This document shows positions 48,666 to 59,870 of a stretch of DNA of 64,000 nt, in pieces; within the stretch, counting starts at the first letter, position 1; every line of letters starts with the position of its first letter. This DNA is from Selaginella moellendorffii. Taxonomy: Eukaryota > Plantae > Lycopodiophyta. The stretch covers positions 372,001 to 436,000 of the forward strand of contig NW_003314367.1 in the NCBI RefSeq assembly GCF_000143415.4, given 5' to 3'. A program made the position numbers and the translations under genes. The notes beneath the pieces were generated by a model that saw only the letters and a program-made list of their open reading frames with translations, did no database searches and was not told the DNA's origin.

Positions 48666-51039
48666 ACTTCCACGTGTCATGTGTTGGTCCTTTTGGGTCT
48701 TTTTTTGGAGCCTCGCTTATTGCTCGCTTCGTGCTCGTTCCTCGAGCACTTTGTTGGGAGTTCCACTCCCACTCTCGACCTTTCAAGTCGGGGCTTTTAG
48801 TCCAAACGTGTTACGCTCGTTTGGTTTTCGCTTTGGCCACCACCACATGGCACCCTTCCGGCTCCACTTTGGGGCCTAGGGATTTTGTGTCTCACAATGA
48901 CATATGGCATATAACATGTGGCACATAGAGGGTTTAGGTTCCTCTTCGTGGTGTTATTCTATGGTAAATCACCATAGGATAAAGGGTTAAAACCACGTGC
49001 ACTACATTTGGTGTTAGAGAAATATGTCTCAACGGGTATTATCCAATGAGATTGAGCAACTAATCTCGTTGTATATACAGAGATAAAAACGATGATCTGA
49101 ATGAGTACATATTTGGGTGCTAAGACTTCGCATTGATTCCTTGGGTATAGATTTGGTTACCTTTTTGTACCGTAATAATGTGAGCTTGCTCTTGGGCCCA
49201 TAGGATGGATTTGAGATGGTTCGTTTGCACAAATTTGTGCTTGGGCTCGTGAGTGAGGCACATTACCAATTCAAGATTATACTTTGAGTTGGCAGGATTA
49301 ATGTTAGCCTATTGCTGGTTCTATGAGTAGTTCCATATATCATAGGAAAAAATAAACCTTCCCTAGGTTTGCTATGAGTGGCAAATAGGCTGGTCCGTAG
49401 CTATTTAACATAGCACTAATGGATCCTTCTTAGACATGATTATGAGTGGATCAATCAAGATTGTAGGGATTAATCTGTTAGTTCAAGTAGTTATTGCCAT
49501 GCTCTCTCATAAACTTGGATTGGACTGAAAGCAGTGCAAACACAAGCTTGAGGTTTAGTCAAAGATGAGACCGAAAAGAGAGTCATTAGGGACGAAGGAC
49601 CAAACACGTAAATCATTTTCTCTTGGAGAGATGATTTGCAACGAAGTGTTAACTCATTGCTCATGTTCACGTTATGCAATCAAGAGTCCCTACCTTGATG
49701 CATATTGGTTATGGTCGTCTTACAAGTGGTGAGTCGTGGGATGGATAGCTGTGAAGCGTTAAACCATTTTGTCTAGGTTTGCTATTGAAGACTTAGGTTG
49801 TAATGCTCAATTCTTTTCCGGGGAACTTTGCTATTGCTCTTTGAATAGTTTGGTATTGGATTAATTTTGAGTTTGGTAAAAAAAGAGAGTGGCATGAGCT
49901 TGTCCATGTTATAAACAAAAGTTAGTGGTGTGGGGTGTTGTAAATCTTTATCGGTGGATTGTGGCATTTATGTTGCATTTTGTCATGTTGAGTTGACACT
50001 TAATACTCACATAAACCTTTGTAGTAGTAATATATGCATTGTTCATGGTGTTGCTCAATTGATGATTAAGTCATTATGATACTTATATCATATCCATGTG
50101 ATAATGAGTAATGTGTTTACGAAGTTGTTTGGTTAAACGATGATCAACCCCAAAGTAGTTGATAGTGAAGCTAGTCTACTTGCATGAAGTAGCATTGTAG
50201 TAGCTTTGATTGGATTCTTGATGGTGGTCCATTATGCTAAGCTTAAGTTGGTTCTTTAGTTCTTTGAGTTTGCCCATTGAAGTGTTGAAAAAGGTTATAG
50301 CACTCACTTGCTATGGTTTGTTGGTTAATCTGTTAACACTTGTAGTAGATTGTTGGATAGAGAAGGTGTGAGGTTGAGGTATTGACATTGGTAACACTTG
50401 TGTTAGTGAAAGTGACATTGTTATCTCAAGTGATGAGGAATTTTCCTTAGACCTTAATTTTTCATGTCATTTTTCTTGTGAGTGTTTTGGCTTCACATGG
50501 GATCTTGAAGGTGATTGAAGAAGAGTGTTAGTGCAATATGGATATCCAAAGATGTGGTCTCCGTGATCATGCCTTGGATGTTCATTTTGTAATTTTACAG
50601 ATGTCGGTGTTGGAGTTGGAAAAATGGGCAAAGATGTTCAAGGCTTAAGCATACTATGGGTCTTGAGAATTTATATTGAGGTAAACCTATGTGAAGTTGT
50701 TGGTAGGAGGAAGTTGGTTGAGTCTTGAAAGTTTGTATTCTTGGACTAAAAGTCAATTTTTTTCTAGGATGAAATTGTTTTCAAATTTTCCACAAATTTT
50801 CTTAGGCTTTTCCAATGGCTAATCTGTTGGTCACTTTGCTCAAAAACCATTCCATTTTTGTAAGCTAATACAAACTAGTGACATGGTTAGAATTGATTTT
50901 AGTTACCTTACACCTTAGTATGTAGTTTATATGATGTGGCCCAAAAGGGATGCAGACTTTTGAGGCTAAGGCAATTAAGTTGGATAGAGTCTAGAGTTAG
51001 TGTAGAAAAGTGGCCGTTGCACTTTTCTAAGAAGGGTGA

Positions 51040-52165
51040 TGTAGCGCATGTGGTTTTTACCCTTTATTCTATGTACCATAGGATAACACCACGAAGTAGA
51101 ACCTAAACCTCTTTATGCCACGTGACACATGCCATGTGTCCATAGGACAGTGGTGCAGAACCTGAGGTTCAGGGCCTTGGGCCACTGAACGAAGGAACAG
51201 TGCTAAACTCCCAAGCATAGAGCCAAGGAATGATGAAACTGAACCATGGAGCAACTCCCAAGCATACAGCCCAAGGAGCGAAGGGATAGGAGCCCGAAGC
51301 AACTTGGAACAGTCTTGGAGCAACCAGCATCCCAATGCCAGAACCAGCATGCAAAACAGAGCCAAACGGAGTCTAGCGCTATTTCGGCATACCGGTGGCC
51401 TAACGTAAGGACATGGGTACTCCACCAGCTAGCATGGAATGGAACTTAGGCTTAGACCCAAGCCGGACGTAGAACAAGGACAAGCATGCAAGCGGGAGCT
51501 AGACTATACCTCAGGTTGGTCGGCCATGCCCGACCTACCTACTATCTTGGAACCCCCCCACAGCCCCCCCCCCCCCCCCCCCTTCCCTTGAGGAACACAT
51601 GCTTTGGGCTTTCACCCCAAGCCACCCTTAGTATCAGGAGTTAGTCTTTGGGACAAGTTTGAAACTTACTAAATATGGAATGTCCCTAGATTGCGAATTT
51701 GGACATGAGACGAACACCATTGTGTTCAGGTTGATCTCTACATTCCGTAGATATGCCAAATAAGCAAATCTGGACACTTTCCATAAATAGCATTTGGGAC
51801 TGAAATAAGACTAACACAAAGGGTATGATATCAAGGGTGTTTGGCAGACACGGTAAGCTATCATCTAGCGATATTGAGGGACCAAGCTCAATATCGCAAG
51901 GGTTCCCAACACTAGCAAGTGCAAGTCAACGAATGAGTTTCTCTAACCAGGTCAAGTATGCTTGACTTAATAGACACTTAGGAATTCCTTCCTTATACTC
52001 ATCTGGTCAAGTGCACACGCGAAGACCAGTTTCTCAACTAGCTTAGGCGGAGACTGATAACGGGTCTAGCAATACTGATCTCCTGCCATCGTGGCAGTAA
52101 GGTAAGAGTGTCCGTAAGGACTGGCCGATAGGTAACTTTCGATACCCGAAGTCACATTCGCGATA
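51040..52165 (-). mobile_element. Solo LTR, family C, inverted relative to its host element
   Basis: Reverse complement of the 39823-49006 LTR (1126 bp); perfect TSD GGTGA (51035-51039 / 52166-52170). Confidence 0.9.
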
Positions 52166-52651
52166 GGTGACCCTTGTGCCTTTCTTTTGTAGCATTATGC
52201 TTAATGGCAGGTTGCACCTTGTATTTTGTTAAACTCTATGAGAGTAATGAGCTCTCACTCATCTTGACTTGGTCTTGGTGGCCATGCACCTTGGTTGAGG
52301 ATAGTGATGTCCAACTTAGTTATTTGAGGTTGAGATGTTAATACCCATACTATAGTTTTGTTTATGAGGAAGTTGTGTACCGTTATGAGTCCATCTCATG
52401 TTCTTCACTTTAGTTTTGACTAAGTGTTGATCATGCATAGCTAGCCTCTTCAAGGCATGCTCAAAGCTTTTGGCTAAACGCATTGGTGAGTTTGTTGCGA
52501 TTGAGTTGGATTTGAGTGGTCATTTAGTTTGTGCTTGTTTATGAACCTATATCTTATACTTGGGGTATTATGTTCATGTTGGGTAAGTATATGACTCGAT
52601 GGTATGAGTTTAGTGTTTAGGTCTTTTGAAGGCAAGTTGAAAGAGTGATTG

Positions 52652-54059
52652 TGTAAGCGACTAAATTTTCCATTCTACTTTAATCACTTAACCACACCTC
52701 CGACCACTTGGAGGAGTCTCACTCACAACCTTCGTAAGTCCTATTTTGGACTTATGGACTTGCTAGCCCCAAGAATGGCATCCATGCCACTCAACCATTG
52801 CACTTGGTCCAAGTGCTCCACATGTCTGATCCCATGACCGACACCCCAAGGTACCATCGACATATCAGCCTATTATGCTAAGACCATGCCTATTCACTTT
52901 GGTCACACCAGTGGTCTAACGCCACCTATATCACAGTCCCGTCTCTCAAAGACTAGGCCATCCATCCATGAGTGATCATCCCAGATCCACTCCTTAGCAT
53001 CCTTAGGATGCCCGCAAGCATGGGGAATAACCTTCCCCAATATCCCTTTTCCGGTCCCCACCAAGTCCCTTTCTGCCCATGGCCGTGTTTGCCAACACTG
53101 CCACTGGATCGAGGCCCACAGGCCTGACCACTAAGTCCTACGGTCCTCTGGGATTTCCTCACCACACGATTGTATCGTTGGTCACTACACCAGAGGGCTA
53201 CTCCTCTTCCTTTCCACAATCTAGGCCTTTGGGACAACATTTCGGAACACCGTGGCCTTACGCGAGCCTCATGGAGCCCGCCTTCCACCTTTGGGTGCTC
53301 TAGCCATGGGCTTAGAGCGAGGTTCCATTGAGCCACGCTAGGTATCTAAGTAGGTAGTGCCACCCACACTTGGACTGGGAGCATCGACCATTCAATCTCC
53401 CGGGGGAACTAAAGCCGGCTCTTGAACACTTTACCAAGCTACCCCACTTGTCGGTCTGTATTCACTCTAGGCTTGGACTTCCCAGTGGTCATCCCATCAC
53501 CCAAGAGCTGGGTATGGCCTTCCTAGGCTAAACTGGCCTTTCCTGGCCAAACTGGCTCCACTGGGCTCCAACCCCCACACTCTCCCTACTATCTCGGACT
53601 CCATCTCGGGTCCATCTCAGACTCCATATCGGGTCCATCTCGGGTCCATCTCAGACTCCATCTCGGCGTCCATCTCGGGTCCATCTCGGCGTCCATCTCA
53701 GACTCCATCTTGGGTCCATCTTGGGTTCATCTCGAGTCCATCTCAGACTCCATCTTGGACTCCGTCTCGGGTCCATCTCGGACTCCATCTCAAACTCCAT
53801 CTCGGGTCCATCTCGGACTCCAACTCAAGTCCAATCTCGGACTCCTCTATGTGTCATGTGTTAGTCCTCTTGTGTCCCTTTTCTAGAGACTCACTTATTG
53901 CTTGCTTTGTTGTTATTCCTCGAGCACTTCATTAGGAGTTCCACTCCCGCTCTTGAACTTTCAAATCAGAGCTTTTAGTCTAAACATGTTATGCTCGTTT
54001 GGCTTTCGCTTCGGCCACTACCACATAGCAAAGGGGGCCTAGGGATTTTGTGTCTCATA
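52652..54059 (-). mobile_element. Solo LTR, family A, with an internal deletion
   Basis: tgtaagcga...tgtctcata on the + strand; perfect TSD GATTG (52647-52651 / 54060-54064); array at 53592-53845. Confidence 0.9.
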
Positions 54060-56788
54060 GATTGTTAGTTGCTTGGCAATTAATGATTTTTTGTAAACTT
54101 TGTCAAGGACTATTTGACACTTGTTTCACTCGATGATGATTTAGCAGTGATAGGCTTGCTTTACTAGATGGTGTTGCAAAGGATCGTGTTGTGGCTTGCA
54201 TGGTTTTTCCATATTGACATGTCAATTCTTTTGTCGATATCATTTGGTTACGTTTAGTCCGTGGTGTTGAATTTCATTGAGTGTTGGACATAGTGAATCA
54301 CTCCTTGATGATGTGTTATCTGTAGTTGAGTGTTGTTAAAGGATTAGTCTCGGATACTGAGTAAAGTATCTTCGACTTTAGTTAATTTAGTTGCTAGAGA
54401 GTTTTAAGTGGTGATTCACTTTTGCTTTTTTCTAGCCTTGTTCTAGTGTTGATGGCATTAAAGTGATGCTTTATTATAGACAGTGTTGATATCTCTTCGT
54501 AGGATTGATATTAAGTTTCATTGGTCTCAATGAAGATAGTGTTGATGATTTAGTTATGGCTTTGTGTTATTAGCATTCGTGCATTTGGTAGTTAGCAACT
54601 ATATTGACATTCAAATGAACTAAGTGGCAAGTTGAATTAGTTGTGTTTTAGGTGAAATTGTTTAGTAGAGGTTGAGCTTTAGCTTTTCCTTGAAAAATAA
54701 TTTAATTATAGACAATGCTAACTCTACGAGAGGAAGAGTTAGTGATTAATATTGGAATGTTTGAATCCTTATTGGATTTGAGTTGGAATATATCGATCAT
54801 TGATGATTTTTTTTGTGCTTGCTATGAAGTGAGTTACGTCTTCTATAGAAAGTGTCTAGATTTGCTCATTTAGCATATTTACAGAATGTAAAGATTGTTC
54901 TGAACACAATGGTGTTTGTCCCATATCTAAATTTTGCAATCTAAGGACATTCCATATTTAGTAAGTTTCAAGTTTGTCCCAGAGACTAATTCCTGGTACT
55001 AAGGGAGTCTTGGGGTGAAAGCCCAAAGCATGTGTTCCTCAAGGGGGGGGGATATAAGGGGTTCCAAATGTATAGTAGAGATAGTGGGTAAATTGGGTAT
55101 GGCTGACCAACTTAAGGTATAGTCTAGCTCCCGTTTGCATGCTTGTCCTTGTCCTATGTTCGGCTTGGGTCTAAGCTTAAATTCCACACCATGCTCACTA
55201 GTGGAGTACCTATATCCTTGCGTTAGGCCACCGGTATGCCAAAATAGCACTAGAGTCCATTTGGCTTCGTTTTGCGTGCTGATCTTGGCATTAGGATGCT
55301 GAATACTCTAGGATTGTTCCAAGTTACTCTGTGCTCTTGTCCCTTTGCTCCTTAGGCTGTATGCTCAAGAGTCGTTCTGTGCTCGCTACTTGGTTCCATG
55401 CTTGGGAGTTTGGCACCATTCCTTCATTCAGCGGCCCAAGGCCCTAAAACTCAAGTTCCGCACCACTGTCCTTTGGACATGTGGCATGTGACACGTGGCA
55501 CATAAAGGGTTTAGGTTCCACTTCGTGGTGTTATCCTATGGTAAATCACCATAGGATAAAGGGTAAAAACCATGTGCGTTACAAATTGGGATTGGCATAG
55601 CATAAGCTAGAAGGCATTGACCCAAATAATGATAGAGATGTGGAAGCATCAACAATGGGTTGTAGGACTTGATAGCTATGAGGCAACTAAACAAAAAGTG
55701 TGATATAATTTATTGGACTGGTGGAAGTTAAATTCCCAAGACTTTTTATTGGGATAAGTAGGTTAGATATATCCCTTAGGAGATAGTGAATCATTGTTAT
55801 AAAAAGAAACCACTTTTTGGTGTTTTAGGATGTTTAGATATTCTATAATGGCCTTCTTTGACAATAAGTATGTTTAGTAACATGAGAGCATTAAATAAGG
55901 CCTAAGAGACTAAATTTCTAGGCTATTTAATATCTAAGGTTGTGGAGATGGCAAAAGTCTATCTATCTAAATTGAACAAAGCCAAAAGGATTTTGGTAAG
56001 GTTAATGACGAACATACAAAAGCCCATGAGTAACAACATTAATCCCTGTGTGTGAGATTATAAGGTGAGCATATCCAAATTGAAAAACCACTCTCTAAGT
56101 CATTGCATAAGTTCATCTCTAAAAATATTTACTAAGGTATGGTAGAAAGTGCAAAGTTATCCTCATCATTTGGAGGAGAATAACCGAAGGGAACGTGTAA
56201 TGCGAGTGCAAGTAATAAACAAATAGAACTAAACCATAAAAATCAAAAAGCATAGCTAACGTTTATACAAATTGGGAGTGGAGAATTAAGTGGGTGCTTA
56301 AAAACATTACTATTGGCAACTATAGTGCTATGAAAAGTCTAAAATATGGAATTAACCATATTAGACCATATGGCTATTAAAAAACTTGTGAAATGAGAAG
56401 CCTTAACAAGTTAAGAACATAATCCCTTTCATGTTTGTAAAGACAATTCTAGGTAGGTTAATACCTAGAAAGATAAGTATAAATGGTTCATAGGAATACG
56501 CAAAATTAGAGTGGCATAGCTTGAAGCTTGCCATGAGGCAAAGCTATTAAGGTTGGGGAAATAATTCTTGAGTGTTCACAAATATGGCTTTAAATAAAAG
56601 TCAATGGTTGAGGACTATCACATTTATGTATAAAACCATATTATGCTACTTGGATGACTTGCTAAATGAGATTGGCAAGTCAAAGCTAACAAAAACTTAG
56701 TTGAAAATATTGACTTCAAAAGGGGTGGCCAAACATGGAGGAGTTCATGCATAATCGGGCATCGAACTTCTTCTATGGGTGGTGGAGT

Positions 56789-57948
56789 TGTAAGGAACCA
56801 ACTCGCCGAGGTGTCGTAGGCTAAAGGACCCCCGAAAGTATGACCAAAATGACAAAGAGTTAATCGAATGGGACCAAGTCGAAGATCGAGTCCAAGACCG
56901 ACTCTGAGACCGAGTTCGAGATAGAGTCCGGAATCGAGTCCAAGGCCGACTCAAAAACCGAGTTCGAGACCGAGTTCGAGACTGAGTTCGAGACCAAGTT
57001 CGAGACGGAGTCCGAGATCCAAAATCGGGTCCGAGACCGAGTCCGAGGTCGAGTCCGAGGTCGGTCCGAGATCGGGTCCGAGATTGAGTCCGAGATCGAG
57101 TCTGAGACCGAATCCGAAGTCGGATCCAAGATCGAGTCCGAGATCGAGCCAGAGACTGAGTCCAAATACTAATACGGGTCAAGGGGTGAAAGCCCAAAGT
57201 GTGCGTCTCCCAGAGGGGGGGGGTTCCAAAAGTATAGTAGGGATAGTGAGGTCCAGGAACCAGTTTTGAAGGGACTCTCCAGTGGGGCTTCCAAACCGAC
57301 TTGAGGTTGAGACTGGGACCGAAGGGCCTTGGGTAAGAGTGAGTATGGACTTGGTTGGTGCCAGAGGGGCCATCCAAGGAAGTGCTCAAGAGCAGCTCCC
57401 ACTCCCGAAAGGGAAACCGACTGCGGTGCTTCTGGCTCATGTGGAGTGGTGCCTCACTTGAGTACCATGCGGCTCATTAGTCCTCGCCCTTCCTAGGGGC
57501 TTGGACCTCCCCTTCGGGATGGAAGTGGGGGGGTAGAGGTACCCATACCAGGCCGTTAGGCCACGGTGTTTCACCCCGGCGTCCTGAAGCAAATGTTGCA
57601 CCCAAGACTTGGGATTTAGAAAGTCCCATGATCAAGTCTTGTGGTACCAAGGGATGTTAAGAACCTGGAAGCGTGGTGTGCTTAGCTGTTTGTGCTTGCG
57701 GGGAGTGTAGCCGAACCTTTAGTCCAGTCTAACCCGGGGAGGGGGATTGGGAGAGATTTGGGGATCCGTGGATGGATGGCTAACACTCCGTTACTCATGC
57801 AGTGAATAGCTGAAACCAAGTAGGACCAAGTAGGAGCTAGTACCATAGGCGGGAACCTTGGCGAGGGAACTTAGCCAAAGCCAAGGCAGTGTTGGACGGA
57901 TAGATGAAGTAAGCTAGCAAATTGGAAAGGAAAAATTTGTGGCTTACA
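56789..57948 (+). repeat. Family-B LTR (1160 bp) with a GAGTCC/GAGACC/GAGATC hexamer array (56868-57165)
   Basis: TGTAAG...CTTACA termini; preceded by the same PPT context as the A2 3' LTR. Confidence 0.85.
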
Positions 57949-58230
57949 ACTTCCTCCTTAATCAAGTGGTGTTTTAGCATTTATATCGAAGCAAATTCTC
58001 TTAAATAATGGTTCCATATTTATAGCTAAAGCATTTTATGTTTTAAACATCTTAGTTGGGGATATGCCACACTTTCACAAGTGTTTATCATCCCAAAATG
58101 GATGGTTTGGTGGAATGGCTCATTCAAACCTTCAAAGAGATGATTGCAAAGTATATGAACTTTTAACATTTGGATTGGGATGCCATCACTTCTATATGTA
58201 TATGCTATTAATGTTTCACCATATAAACTT
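57949..58230 (+). mobile_element. Ty3/Gypsy integrase core relic
   Basis: Degenerate translation KQILLNNGSIFIAKAF...HTFTSVYHPKMDGLVEWLIQTFKEMIAKYMN...DWD resembles SDNG...T.YHPQTDGLVER...DWD. Confidence 0.75.
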
Positions 58231-59123
58231 CTATATGATCATAATCTAATATTGCTAACAGAGTGATTGCCACGAGCTACTAATGTTAGGTCTTGGGATT
58301 AGTATTTAATAAACATTATTTCATTGGTTCAAGTGAAGTTTATTCAACACTTAGGCCGTATCTAACTAGGATAACAATGATACTATAACTCCTATTATTG
58401 TCCACTAATCAAAGTTGATAATTTCATTTTCCTAATCTTATGGTATGTGGTTTTTCTAAAAGGTTTTTTATTCAATGGAATGGCAAGTTAAACCACAAGT
58501 TTATGAGATTCGATATAATGTTCAATAAGCTGATCCTTCAAAAAATATACATATGTAATAACTAAAGTGTTTTGTACAAAAGGATCAAGAATAAATACCT
58601 TATACATCCACCTAATGTCCCTTTAGATTTTAGCCTATCAACTAGAGATAATCCCAGAGATAAGAGATTATGTGAGGTCCAAGTGTATAGCTATAATGTC
58701 GAATACTAATATGAATGTAGTAGAATTTTGATAGTCATTAGATTGATTTCAGTCTAGGGCTAATTGAATATGCAAATTTTCATATTTCATTTCTATTTCC
58801 ATGTACTCACACATTGAAAAAATAAAGCCTAAAATCTAAACTGTCTTAATAGACCTTTTTTCCTTGATAAAAATCCTTGCCCATTTTCTTTCTATTGTCT
58901 AAGTGGAGAATCCAAAGTGATAAGAATGCAAAACCAGGAGGGCTATAAAAATCTCATCATCATAATTATCAGTAACTATCCATGTCAACTATCCCACCTC
59001 AAATGTATGTAGTCCAAGCTGTAAACCACAATTGAGTCCTCACACAGGAAGCACACAAGGCTCCAGGAATATACCCTCTTTATAGTGTCTTTTCTATGCA
59101 CAACAGAAATTGTAACACAAGTC

Positions 59124-59718
59124 TCCACACGCCAAAACCATCCACTCCAGCCTCTTCACAGCCAGCACTTGCAAAGTACTGCTGGCCTGTGGCTGCGGCA
59201 AAGTGCAGTGCGCATGCTTGCCAGCCTCGAATTCCCCTTTGAGGCCCGTTGGAACTTGAGGCTGTGCATCACACTTACAACACTCCACTCACAGCGTCAG
59301 ATGGAGCTGGCCACGCTGTCAGGTTGTGCTGCCGTTTGCAAGTCATGGAACTCCATGTACCTTTTGCCACCTGTGGGCAACGCAGGCCCCTGGATCCTGA
59401 CTATCTCCCTCCAGGAAAAGCGCTGCTACATATACGCCTTTGGAGCGTCACTGTGGTTGCGTCACAGGCAAGAGCTCAAGCTACCCTCAGTGCTTTTTCA
59501 TTTTGCCAAAGTCGTGGCCTCCAAAATTAATACCACTTCCTCTGGTCTGTGGAAGCAGAACTTGTTGGTGTTGGATCACCATGCCGGTTACTTCGTGCAC
59601 CACTCGGGCCTTGCGCTCGAGAGTGGCCAGCGTGGCCTGTGGTGCTACCTCAAAGCCAGGACCAAGAGGCTGGAGCGCCTCAACATGTGATGGGAAGGAC
59701 ACGCCCACATTCCCAGAA
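59124..59718. pseudogene. Rearranged F-box pseudogene (3' part on the - strand 59124-59298; 5' part on the + strand 59301-59718)
   Basis: The + part (ELATLSGCAAVCKSWNS...RQELKLP...LNM...TPTFPE) matches 17446-18042; the - part matches 18091-18334; many deletions. Confidence 0.85.
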
Positions 59719-59870
59719 GCTCAAAATCCTCTCCAAAGTTCTGTAAATTTTTTCGACACTATCTTTAGCAAAAGAAGAGAAACTCAGAAGAGCCTTTCCT
59801 CCCTTGGGATTCTTTCCCTCATACGTGAGAATATTCGAGCGCGGCAATTTAGAATCAGGCAAAGAGACGT

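Larger units (their letters stand above)
40852..48896 (-). mobile_element. Complete 8045-bp LARD-like non-autonomous LTR element A2 (family A)
   Basis: 5' LTR 47119-48896, PBS TGGTATCGGAGT 47104-47115, PPT 42573-42584, 3' LTR 40852-42572. TSD GTGAC/ATGAC (1 mismatch). No gag/pol motifs recognised in the 4.5-kb interior. Confidence 0.92.
39823..55583 (+). mobile_element. LTR retroelement, family C (degenerate internal region, no recognisable ORF), inserted in E1
   Basis: Perfect TSD AATTG (39818-39822 / 55584-55588). 5' LTR 39823-49006 is split by A2; degenerate PBS tggtgttagag at 49009-49019; 3' LTR is 5'-truncated (~54844-55583). Confidence 0.88.
35447..57948 (+). mobile_element. Outer LTR retroelement E1 (old, no recognisable pol; family-A 5' LTR, family-B 3' LTR) hosting the nest
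   Basis: 5' LTR 35447-36836, PBS 36840-36851. Internal pieces 36852-37289, 39132-39822 and 55589-56788 are colinear with the internal region of element A2. PPT gggtggtggag lies before LTR 56789-57948. No matching TSD (cctac/acttc). Confidence 0.7.

Noticed and set aside
37386-48879. Long ORFs (220-370 aa; SISDSISGPSR / EMESEMDPRW repeats) across the LTR arrays
   Set aside because: The repeat units lack stops in most frames, so ORFs arise on both strands. Starts are mostly non-ATG and the exit frame differs between copies.
49020-54843. Coding potential in the family-C interior
   Set aside because: T/G-rich and stop-riddled outside the nested solo LTRs; no recognisable domain.
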